DNA of 64,000 bases from Candidatus Zixiibacteriota bacterium (GTDB taxonomy: Bacteria; Zixibacteria; MSB-5A5; GN15; JAAZOE01), in the NCBI GenBank assembly GCA_043819555.1, contig JBDREQ010000025.1:96001-160000 (forward strand), written 5' to 3'. The translations under genes and the position numbers were made by a program. Below the pieces are notes generated by a model. It was not told where the DNA came from. It did not search any database and saw only the letters and a program-made list of their open reading frames with translations. Positions 1 to 8,654 of the stretch are shown in pieces; within the stretch, counting starts at the first letter, position 1, and each line of letters starts with the position of its first letter.

Positions 1-1218
1 CACATCCTGATTTTCTATCTGATAGCCTTTATTGCCGGGTATCTCGCGGAAAAACTGCAATCCAAGAATATCGAACTCGATTCGGCCTCGGCGGCTCTTA
101 AAAAAGCCAAACTGGAAACCGGAGATATTCTCTGGCATTTGAACTGCGGATTGGTAACGATTGATCAGAGCGGTGATATCGTGTACTTTAACCGAACCGC
201 TGAATCAATATTGGGATTGAATGAGGCGGAAGTTTCGGGCAAACCTTGTTTTGATATTTTCGTCAATCAATTGAAACCTATGGCCGAAAATCTGATGGGG
301 GTTCTGAATTCCGAACAACGATTATCGCGTTCTGAATTTGTTATAAAAAGAGGCGATGGAACGGAGATACCAATTGGATTGTCAACATCGACTCTTTATG
401 ATGAACAATTTGATACTCGCGGAGTGATTGCCATTTTTCAGGATTTGACGGAAGCGAAAATGTTCGAACGAAGAATCGGGCAGGCGGATAAAATGGCCGC
501 TATTGGCGAGTTATCGGCATGCATAGCGCATGAGATTAGAAATCCTTTGGCCTCGATTTCAGGTTCAGTAGAGGTTCTCAGAGATTCTATGTATCTTGAG
601 GGCGATAATGAAAAATTGTTATCGCTAATTATCAAGGAATCAGCCCGGCTGAACAAAATCCTGTCTGATTTTCTTCTGTACGCCCGTATAAATCGCCTGG
701 AAATGCGAAAGGTAGAAATTCTCGGACTTATATCGGAAGTGATTGAAGTAGCCCGTCGGCATCCATCGTACAATAAAAATATACTTATTCAGCCCATAGC
801 AAATGAAAATGTTATTTATATTTCAGGGGATGAAGATTATTTAAAGCAGATGCTTATTAATCTTTTGGTAAATGCGTTTGAGGCTATAGGTGATCGCGAT
901 GGGAGCGTTCAGATTGAATCGGATGCCGGATTGAATGACGGCGAAGTAAAATTGACTATAAGAGATACCGGACCAGGCATTCCCTTTGAGCAACTCGGGA
1001 AAGTTTTTATGCCATTTCATTCAACAAAAAAATCCGGCTCAGGCCTTGGATTATCAATCGTCTCGCGCCTGTCAGACGCAATGGAGGGCCGGGTAGAGGT
1101 TTCATCCGAGCCAGGATTGGGCACAGAGTTTTGCTTATATCTGAAAAAGTTCAATCAAGCGTATCCAAAATTGGAAATGAATAATCAAGTACAGTCATCA
1201 ATTCCACAATTGCCGTAA
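1..1218 (+). CDS. PAS-domain sensor histidine kinase, PilS-like (5' partial)
   Basis: Frame is open from base 1 (HILIFYLIAFIAGYLAEKL, TM-like); PAS domain, H-box AHEIRNPL, N-box NLLVNA, G-boxes DTGPG and GSGLGL. Confidence 0.85.
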   Translation, partial: HILIFYLIAFIAGYLAEKLQSKNIELDSASAALKKAKLETGDILWHLNCGLVTIDQSGDIVYFNRTAESILGLNEAEVSGKPCFDIFVNQLKPMAENLMGVLNSEQRLSRSEFVIKRGDGTEIPIGLSTSTLYDEQFDTRGVIAIFQDLTEAKMFERRIGQADKMAAIGELSACIAHEIRNPLASISGSVEVLRDSMYLEGDNEKLLSLIIKESARLNKILSDFLLYARINRLEMRKVEILGLISEVIEVARRHPSYNKNILIQPIANENVIYISGDEDYLKQMLINLLVNAFEAIGDRDGSVQIESDAGLNDGEVKLTIRDTGPGIPFEQLGKVFMPFHSTKKSGSGLGLSIVSRLSDAMEGRVEVSSEPGLGTEFCLYLKKFNQAYPKLEMNNQVQSSIPQLP

Positions 1219-1327
1219 GTTCGTCTGAGGCATTCCCAAAAAATGAAAATAAATCTCGAGGAACTTTTGCTTGATTTTTGAGTGTAATATCTTAATTTGA
1301 ACCCTAAATTCAACAGAGGTGACCTTT

Positions 1328-3100
1328 ATGAAAAAAGCAGCGCTAATTTTGGCTTTATGTGTAACAGCCTTAATTATTGTTGGGTGTCAAGGCGGCAAAA
1401 AAGCTGACATATTAAGTGAGAAATTTCCGGTCGACGAATTGCGCCCTTTAGTATTTGCGGAAAGTGATTTTCTTACCATTGATATTGATATGTTGGCTCA
1501 GAAATTCAATGATGATCAGGTGCCCATATCGAAAACAAAAATCGATTCTATTACGGCTTTAGAAACTGTTTATAATATGTACCTGGATTCACTCCTGGCC
1601 GTTGATGCCGCTAATTTTGATTTATCAACAACGCCATTACTGGAAAAACAGTACAAAACAATGTACGATGATTTTCTGGTGCGTTTTTTATATGATTATC
1701 ATATCGTCGCGAATGTCGTCGTTGATGATTCGCTGGTTTATGAAACATACGAGTTGATGAAAGATAAATTTATCAGTCCTGAGAAATACCGCGCCCGCCA
1801 TATCGTTATATCGGGATATAATCTCAAAACGGGTGAGGATTCACTGAAATATAAGGGTAAATCGAATGCCGAACTGGATGCCATTGCAAGGGATTTAGTT
1901 TCAGAATTGAGGCAAAGAGCTCTTAACGGCGAGGGATTTGATACCCTGGCGATAATGTATTCGTATGATGACAGGAGTTCCAAGAGTGGAGGCGATCTTG
2001 GATATTTTGAACTATCCAAAATGGTCGCGCCATTTGATTCCGCGGTTCAGAATACTCCGGTAGATTCAATATCGGGCTTAATAAAAACGAAATATGGATG
2101 GCATGTAATAAAGGTGGAGGATCATTCGGAAGAACATTACACGCCAATCGATTCATTGTATGATGGAATATTAAAATATTTAAAACAACAGCAAGCCGGC
2201 ATTAACGGGCAGGCGTTTTTGGATACTCTTAAAGCCAACGCGAATATTTATTTCGATACGGCCGCAATCGCTCTGGACGACACGCTGCATGAAATGACCG
2301 ACGCTTTAGCCATTGTTAATACGGATGGATCGGCTAATCGCGTTGATACATTGACATACAAGGAATACCGCGCCCAAATAGGTCTCTATCTGAAAAGAAA
2401 TGGTCTGGCATATCCCCCAAGTGTCCCTGAAAAGATTGAAGCCATTCGTGAATTTGCCCTGAAATACGAGATTATTCGTTATGCAATTGAAAATGGTTAC
2501 GCCGATCATCCTGAATTCCGAGAATGGTCGGATGGGACGATACTTAAATACGGGGTGGCTACTCTTAAAAAAGATTTATTGGAGGACGGATACGAACCGA
2601 CTGAGGAGGAACTTTTAGCCTATTATAACGATAATATTGAGAAATACCGGGCCGAAAAACCGTTAAAAGTACAGCATATCATTTTTGCTGATTCAAGTTT
2701 GGCTATCCATGTTCGCGATGTTGCCAATTCTGGCGCAGATTTTATGGAACTGGTCGATCAATACTATCCGGGTGACCCGGAAATCAAACAGGCCGCGGCT
2801 AATCTCGGATATATCGGTGAAAAAGATATGCCCGGCGCTTTCTGGAGGCGGGCTTTATCAACGAAGGTCGGCGAAGTGTCGCGTCCGGTAAAAACAGAAT
2901 ATGGATATCATATTATTAAGGTTTTGGAAAAATCTCCGGACAAGGAATTTGCGGCGGTAAAATCGGGAATTAGAAAAACGATGCAGGATAATTATAAGCA
3001 TGATAAAATCTGGGAATTTGTCGAACGCCGGCTGGGCGGTGCGCCGAAAATTTACTGGGATAGACTTGGTGATTTGTATCGCAAACCGATAGAGCCATAA
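1328..3100 (+). CDS. Lipoprotein peptidyl-prolyl isomerase with two parvulin (PpiC) domains
   Basis: Lipobox IIVG-C; ARHIVI...GGDLGYF...TKYGWHVIKV and VQHII...TEYGYHIIKV; ATG at 1328 preferred. Confidence 0.88.
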   Translation: MKKAALILALCVTALIIVGCQGGKKADILSEKFPVDELRPLVFAESDFLTIDIDMLAQKFNDDQVPISKTKIDSITALETVYNMYLDSLLAVDAANFDLSTTPLLEKQYKTMYDDFLVRFLYDYHIVANVVVDDSLVYETYELMKDKFISPEKYRARHIVISGYNLKTGEDSLKYKGKSNAELDAIARDLVSELRQRALNGEGFDTLAIMYSYDDRSSKSGGDLGYFELSKMVAPFDSAVQNTPVDSISGLIKTKYGWHVIKVEDHSEEHYTPIDSLYDGILKYLKQQQAGINGQAFLDTLKANANIYFDTAAIALDDTLHEMTDALAIVNTDGSANRVDTLTYKEYRAQIGLYLKRNGLAYPPSVPEKIEAIREFALKYEIIRYAIENGYADHPEFREWSDGTILKYGVATLKKDLLEDGYEPTEEELLAYYNDNIEKYRAEKPLKVQHIIFADSSLAIHVRDVANSGADFMELVDQYYPGDPEIKQAAANLGYIGEKDMPGAFWRRALSTKVGEVSRPVKTEYGYHIIKVLEKSPDKEFAAVKSGIRKTMQDNYKHDKIWEFVERRLGGAPKIYWDRLGDLYRKPIEP

Positions 3101-3127
3101 TGCTGTTGAGTTATTGCATTAACATAT

Positions 3128-3760
3128 ATGTATGAGGCAGAGGAAATTTCGCTGGGAGCGGAATTTATCCGCAAGGGTATCCATCTTTTTGCGCTCGTAA
3201 TTCCCGTTGGTTATGCTTTGGTTACTTTTCAGACTGCAGTCTTCTGGGTGAGTCTGTCCGCGGCAGTCGCGATATTTATTGATATCTCGAGATTCAGAGA
3301 TTGGAAAGTCTGGAAATACCTGTCAATAGTATTAATGCCGATTATTCGCGATCACGAGGTCAAGGGAGGCTTTACCGGTGCCAGCTATATTTTAACGACG
3401 GCATTAATCTGTATTATTTTTTTCCCCAAGCCGATCGCCATTGCGGCCCTTGTTTTTATAATAATCGGCGATACCGCCGCCGCTCTGGTCGGGCGCAAGT
3501 ATGGAAAACATAAACTTTGCAGGAAGAAATCGATTGAAGGTTCGCTAGCCTGCCTGGCATCACTGGCGGTGGTTTCATTCTTAATACCGGGATTACCGAC
3601 ACCAATTGGCCTTGTCGGGGCTTTAACCGCAACTTTAGCCGAAGCATTTTGCGGCAGACTGGATGATAATTTGTTTGTTCCGATAAGTTCCGGTTTGGTA
3701 ATGCTTGGAATTATGTATTTACTGGATTATCCTGAAGCGTTTTTTTTCTCGGCCTTTTGA
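3128..3760 (+). CDS. Dolichol/phytol kinase-like (CTP_transf_1) membrane protein
   Basis: RKGIH, GDTAAALVGRKYG, KSIEGS, DDNLFVP motifs; multiple TM segments. Confidence 0.85.
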   Translation: MYEAEEISLGAEFIRKGIHLFALVIPVGYALVTFQTAVFWVSLSAAVAIFIDISRFRDWKVWKYLSIVLMPIIRDHEVKGGFTGASYILTTALICIIFFPKPIAIAALVFIIIGDTAAALVGRKYGKHKLCRKKSIEGSLACLASLAVVSFLIPGLPTPIGLVGALTATLAEAFCGRLDDNLFVPISSGLVMLGIMYLLDYPEAFFFSAF

Positions 3761-3803
3761 TTATATTGTTTATTTCTGCGAAGATTGATGAAGGATAAGG
3801 GAG

Positions 3804-4859
3804 ATGCTCATGGCTCAAAATGATTTTATTGATTTAAGATCTGATACCGTTACCAGGCCAAGCGCGGAAATGCGGAAGATGATGGCTCAGGCGGTCGTCG
3901 GCGATGATGTTCTGGGAGATGACCCAACCGTCAAGGAGCTTGAGCATAAAGTAATGCGGTTATTGAATAAAGAAGCGGCCGTTTATGTTCCGTCGGGGAC
4001 AATGTCCAATCAAATCGCGCTTTATACCGCCAGCAACCGGGGCGATGAAATCTTATGTGAAGCGGGATGCCATATCGTTAATTATGAAGTCGGCGCACCG
4101 GCCGCGATTTCCGGACTTCTGGTTCATTTATTGCCCGGTGAGCGGGGCATCTTGTCGGCGGAAACGATTGAGCAAAATATTAGACCGATAAATATTCACT
4201 GCCCTCGAACAAAAATAATCGCGCTGGAAAATACTCATAACCGCGCTGGCGGGACAATATACCCCAGAGAAACAATCGCAGAGATTGAACAGGTTGCCCG
4301 AAAGAATAATCTCTGGATGCATCTTGACGGCGCCCGGCTCTGGAATGCTCATGTCGCGACCGGGGTTCCGCTGGCGGATTATGCTTCCCACTTTGATTCC
4401 GTATCGGTGTGCCTGTCAAAAGGTCTTGGGGCTCCGATTGGATCGGTGCTTTCGGGATCGGCGGAATTTATCGAACGGGCAAGGCGAACACGGAAAATGT
4501 TCGGCGGCGGGATGAGGCAGGTCGGGATTATTGCCGCGGCCGGGATTTATGCCCTTGAAAATAATATTTCCCGTTTGGCCAATGATCATATAAACGCCAA
4601 AACTCTCGCGACAGGTATGTCGCAAATCACTGGTCTGACGATTGATATGGAAACGGTGCAGACAAATATCGTTATCGTTGATATTAATCCGAATAAATAT
4701 ACGGCTGAGACATTTATTGAGGCGCTCAAAAAAGAAGGGGTTTTATGCGTACCCTTCGGACCGGCCCGCGTCCGATTTGTCACTCATCTTGACGTCAATG
4801 AAGAAGATTGCAAAAAGGCGGTTACGGCCGTTGCCGGGGTTATGTCCGCTGCCCGATAA
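3804..4859 (+). CDS. ltaE: Low-specificity L-threonine aldolase
   Basis: DLRSDTVT, SGTMSNQ, ENTHN, HLDGARLWNA, CLSKGLGAP (PLP Lys). Confidence 0.95.
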   Translation: MLMAQNDFIDLRSDTVTRPSAEMRKMMAQAVVGDDVLGDDPTVKELEHKVMRLLNKEAAVYVPSGTMSNQIALYTASNRGDEILCEAGCHIVNYEVGAPAAISGLLVHLLPGERGILSAETIEQNIRPINIHCPRTKIIALENTHNRAGGTIYPRETIAEIEQVARKNNLWMHLDGARLWNAHVATGVPLADYASHFDSVSVCLSKGLGAPIGSVLSGSAEFIERARRTRKMFGGGMRQVGIIAAAGIYALENNISRLANDHINAKTLATGMSQITGLTIDMETVQTNIVIVDINPNKYTAETFIEALKKEGVLCVPFGPARVRFVTHLDVNEEDCKKAVTAVAGVMSAAR

Positions 4860-4864
4860 TTTCG

Positions 4865-4967
4865 AAAAAAAGCCCGAATCCAGATGGATCCGGGCCGGAA
4901 GAAGTCATGAAAAAGGATGGTGTTGTATGCGCAACAATCCTTAGTCAAACCCTCATGTGGAGGGCAT
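4865..4967 (-). ncRNA. Candidate small regulatory RNA with intrinsic terminator
   Basis: Minus strand: two hairpins, a CU-rich linker, then GCCCGGATCC-atc-TGGATTCGGGC-T7 terminator; ECF-like promoter immediately upstream; ends are approximate. Confidence 0.45.
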
Positions 4968-4973
4968 TATTTT

Positions 4974-4999
4974 TTACGACTGAACCTTTAGGATGTTCC
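4974..4999 (-). promoter_or_regulatory. ECF-sigma-like promoter GGAAC-N16-CGTAA
   Basis: Minus strand reads GGAAC atcctaaaggttcagt CGTAA. Confidence 0.4.
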
Positions 5000-5060
5000 A
5001 AAACGAGGAGATGATTTCCGATTTAATTAGACAATTTTTTCAAATGTGAGGGAAAGGGGA

Positions 5061-5834
5061 ATGGTTAAAATTGAGTTCACAATTCTGGGGTCATCGGCAG
5101 GGATGCCGCAGGCCAATCGTGTCAATTCGGGATATATTCTGGATGTTAATGGCGCGCTTTATTTATTTGATTGCGGGGGAGGGGTGTCGTCGGCGTTTCG
5201 GCGAGCGGGGTTTGATCCTCCTGATGTAAAATCAATAGTAATTTCTCATACTCATCCTGACCATATCTCCGATCTACCGCTTTTTATTCAGATGCAATAT
5301 CTGGCTGATAGGAAAGAACCTCTTGATATTTATATTCCGTCCGAAATTCTTCAGCCGATTCAGGATTTTTTTCACGCCCTCTATCTATTTCCTGAAAAAC
5401 TGCCCTTTGAAATTAATTTTCAACCGGTGAATAAGGGTGAGAATATTAATCATGAAAGTATTTCAATTCATCCAATTCTCAATACTCATCTCATTGGACA
5501 TACTGATTTGATAAATGATTTTGGATTAAAAAATAAAATGCAGTGTTTTTCGTATCTGATACACGCCGGCGATAAATCGATTGTTTATTCGGCTGATTTG
5601 GGCTCGGAAAAAGATCTTGGCACTTATCTGACCGATGTTGATTTACTTGTTTTCGAATCGACCCATATTGAGATTGCGAGTTTAATTGATATGGTTATGG
5701 ACTATAACGTCGGCAAAACTGTTTTGACTCACCTCGCCGAAGATTTTGATACCAATAGCGCAGTTGCACAGGCTGAAAAAGCCGGATATAAAAATCTCCT
5801 CATCGCCGAGGATGGGATGAGGGTGGAGGTTTAA
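5061..5834 (+). CDS. MBL-fold metallo-hydrolase, RNase Z/BN-like
   Basis: LGSSAG, FDCGGG, SHTHPDH, YSAD, LTHL motifs; ATG at 5061 follows a purine-rich RBS. Confidence 0.85.
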   Translation: MVKIEFTILGSSAGMPQANRVNSGYILDVNGALYLFDCGGGVSSAFRRAGFDPPDVKSIVISHTHPDHISDLPLFIQMQYLADRKEPLDIYIPSEILQPIQDFFHALYLFPEKLPFEINFQPVNKGENINHESISIHPILNTHLIGHTDLINDFGLKNKMQCFSYLIHAGDKSIVYSADLGSEKDLGTYLTDVDLLVFESTHIEIASLIDMVMDYNVGKTVLTHLAEDFDTNSAVAQAEKAGYKNLLIAEDGMRVEV

Positions 5835-6334
5835 GATTCAATAAGACTATATTTAGCCATTAGCTTGTCTACGTACTCCTGAATTTTATTAAAAGCTCCT
5901 TTAATATCTTTCTCGTACTCAATATTAGGAGATTTGATGTTCTTAGATGTTCGATTAATTAGGCCGAGAAACGTATCCTGCAGAGCTTTTGGCATATAAA
6001 TTGAGTTTTCATCGTGGAAATTTCTAATTTCTTCGACAGTACTTTTCATATCTTGTGTTTTGTGCGTATCGCCATTTACAATTATATTGAGTTTTCGTAG
6101 CTTTTCATAAACCCCCTGCAAAGCATTTAGTTGTTTTTCGAGGATTATTTTGCCAACTTCCATTTGCCTTTGTTTTTCATTATCAAAAAGCTGTTTTTTC
6201 AGTATCTCATAATTATTCTGCCAGTCAATTTTATGACGTTTATTAGTAGCTCTAACAGTTAAATATGCGACAATAGCACTTAGAATTGGCGCGAATGCCA
6301 AAGGCGCCCATTTTTCTGCTATTGACAAATCCAT
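5831..6334 (-). CDS. Hypothetical protein, N-terminal TM anchor plus coiled coil
   Basis: 167-aa AT-rich ORF with RBS; no recognised motif. Confidence 0.7.
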   Translation of the reverse strand: MDLSIAEKWAPLAFAPILSAIVAYLTVRATNKRHKIDWQNNYEILKKQLFDNEKQRQMEVGKIILEKQLNALQGVYEKLRKLNIIVNGDTHKTQDMKSTVEEIRNFHDENSIYMPKALQDTFLGLINRTSKNIKSPNIEYEKDIKGAFNKIQEYVDKLMAKYSLIES

Positions 6335-6346
6335 AAGATTCCCCTT

Positions 6347-6568
6347 TCAATATTTCCAGATATAATAAATTATCACGAAAAGCCAGAATATGGTCGCGAC
6401 GTAAATACCGAGCATAAAATTACCTCGGTAAAGTGGTTTCTTTATCATCGCTTTGGGAGTTTTTAGATCAGCGTGGCAATGCGGACAGCGAACGGCGCTG
6501 CTGTTAATAAATTCCTTGCAGAACGGGCAAGTTTTGGTATTGCGGGCATTGTCGGAGTCAAATCCCAT
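6347..6568 (-). CDS. Small zinc-ribbon membrane protein
   Basis: CPFC...CPHC plus C-terminal TM helix. Confidence 0.8.
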   Translation of the reverse strand: MGFDSDNARNTKTCPFCKEFINSSAVRCPHCHADLKTPKAMIKKPLYRGNFMLGIYVATIFWLFVIIYYIWKY

Positions 6569-6600
6569 ATGTTATCTCCATGCAGAAATAATCTTAATGA

Positions 6601-6924
6601 TTATTCCTTTTGCTCGTCATCGCCTGAGCCCGAAGCGGCAAATCCGATATTTGACGGCTGTTCTTTTCCGTGCATTTTGATATCGCCAAACTGATTCTCA
6701 AATTTTTTGATATTATCCTGCAACGCCCCGAGGAGCATTTTGGCGTGCGAAGGGGTCATAATAATTCGAGAATATACTTTGCCTTTGCGAGTTCCCGGCA
6801 TAATGCGGGCAAAATCGAGAATAATTTCCGATGGCGAATGTGAGATAAGCGCCAGGTTAGCGTAAATTCCTTCAGCTTCCTTATCGCCCAGTTCAATATT
6901 GATTTGCGGTTTTTGCGGTTTCAT
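6601..6924 (-). CDS. DUF3467 family protein
   Basis: AEGIYANLALISHSPSEIILDF...SRIIMTPSHAK...FENQFGDI; AGGAGA RBS before ATG at 6924. Confidence 0.9.
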   Translation of the reverse strand: MKPQKPQINIELGDKEAEGIYANLALISHSPSEIILDFARIMPGTRKGKVYSRIIMTPSHAKMLLGALQDNIKKFENQFGDIKMHGKEQPSNIGFAASGSGDDEQKE

Positions 6925-7042
6925 AAGATCTCCTGTTCCCAAGCGGTCATCATGTGAATTTCGAAAAAAGCCAAGCGCCAATTCGCTTGCGGTTTTAATA
7001 AAAGCTAATATATTATCAGGTTAAGTCAACCAAAATCAAGAA

Positions 7043-8041
7043 TTGAACTATATGACGATTGATAAGATAAAAGCCAGATCGATAATAGATAATATTGGCG
7101 GGAATGAAATCGCCGTAATTGGCGATGTTATGCTTGATGAATATATGTGGGGCGAAGTGGAGCGGATATCTCCAGAGGCTCCGGTACCGGTTGTCCAAAT
7201 CAATCGCGAATCATCGGCGCCCGGAGGAGCGGCCAACGTCGCGGCCAATATCGTCGGATTGGAAGATAAACCGCTTTTGATCGGAGTTGTCGGCAATGAT
7301 AATTTTTCGGCGATTCTCGATTGGCTTCTCCGCGAACAGGGTATTGATACAGCCGGAATGATTATTGATCCTCAACGGCCGACGACGATAAAAACCCGGA
7401 TTATCGCCCACAATCAGCAGGTCGTCAGGGCTGATAAAGAGGTTCGTTCGGATATTTCGGAAGAAGTCGAATCCGGGGTAATGACGCTTCTTGATACGCG
7501 AAAAAATGGATTGAATGGGATTATCATTTCTGATTATGGCAAAGGCATGATTACCAAATCACTTTTGAAAAAGCTGATAGATTTCAGCCTAAAAGAAAAT
7601 ATTTTTATTGCCGTTGATCCCAAGGATGGGAATTTCCCGCTTTATAAAAAAGTATCATTGATCACTCCCAATCACCATGAGGCAGGACGGGCTTTTGGAC
7701 TTGAAATAACCGATGATAAATCTTTGAGGACCGTGGGCAGAGGTTTGATGAAAAAACTCGATCCCTTATCGATTTTGATTACGCTGGGCCCAAAGGGGAT
7801 GGCTCTATTTCAACGCGACAGTGACATGCGGTTAATTCCTACTGTAGCCAAAAAAGTATTTGATGTTACCGGAGCCGGAGATACGGTCATTGCCTCTTTT
7901 GTTTCGGCTGTTGCCGCGGGAGCTTCATTGGAGGAAGCGACTGTTATTTCCAATCAGGCGGCGGGTGTTGTTGTCGGAGAGGTTGGGACGGCTTTTATAA
8001 CCAGGAGCAAACTGACCGAGGCTTTGACAGAGAATTGGTGA
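7043..8041 (+). CDS. rfaE1: D-glycero-beta-D-manno-heptose-7-phosphate kinase (HldE domain I)
   Basis: GDVMLDEY, RISPEAPVPV, GGAANVA, SDYGKG, DVTGAGDTV. Confidence 0.93.
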   Translation: MNYMTIDKIKARSIIDNIGGNEIAVIGDVMLDEYMWGEVERISPEAPVPVVQINRESSAPGGAANVAANIVGLEDKPLLIGVVGNDNFSAILDWLLREQGIDTAGMIIDPQRPTTIKTRIIAHNQQVVRADKEVRSDISEEVESGVMTLLDTRKNGLNGIIISDYGKGMITKSLLKKLIDFSLKENIFIAVDPKDGNFPLYKKVSLITPNHHEAGRAFGLEITDDKSLRTVGRGLMKKLDPLSILITLGPKGMALFQRDSDMRLIPTVAKKVFDVTGAGDTVIASFVSAVAAGASLEEATVISNQAAGVVVGEVGTAFITRSKLTEALTENW

Positions 8042-8047
8042 TCATTT

Positions 8048-8539
8048 ATGAAAAACGTCATATCCAAAATAACCGCGAGAAAAGATATTGAGAAAAAATG
8101 TGCGCAAATGAGAAAACGCGGGAGAAAATTAGTATTCACTAACGGCGTTTTTGATATTTTGCATTTCGGTCATGTTCAATATCTACAAAAAGCAAAAACT
8201 CTTGGTGATGTTTTAATAATTGGTTTAAATACCGATAGTTCGATCAGAAAATTCAAGGGTCCCAACCGACCGTTAAATCGACAATCGGATCGAGCCGGAG
8301 TGTTATCTGCACTGGAATGCGTGGATTTTATAGTTTGTTTTTCCGAGCCGACGCCGCTGAATCTAATCAAGCTTATTAAACCTGATATTCTCGTTAAGGG
8401 AGCAGACTATAAAATAGATGATATCGTTGGGGCTAATTTTGTAAAATCATATAATGGTGCCGTAAAACGCATCAGGCTTTTATCCGGCCGTTCCACGACC
8501 GGACTTATTGGAAAATTGAAAAAGAAAATCGTTAGTTAA
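8048..8539 (+). CDS. rfaE2: D-glycero-beta-D-manno-heptose 1-phosphate adenylyltransferase (HldE domain II)
   Basis: FTNGVFDILHFGH, GLNTDSS, KGPNRP, LVKGADY, STT. Confidence 0.93.
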   Translation: MKNVISKITARKDIEKKCAQMRKRGRKLVFTNGVFDILHFGHVQYLQKAKTLGDVLIIGLNTDSSIRKFKGPNRPLNRQSDRAGVLSALECVDFIVCFSEPTPLNLIKLIKPDILVKGADYKIDDIVGANFVKSYNGAVKRIRLLSGRSTTGLIGKLKKKIVS

Positions 8540-8654
8540 TTCCTGATTGATGTCTTGTGAAAATTCTTTTTATTTGAATCAAACGCTAAAGTCTTATATA
8601 ATTCACCTGCAAATCGTAATTCAGTATTTTAGGGCAGCAAAAGAGGATTGAATT

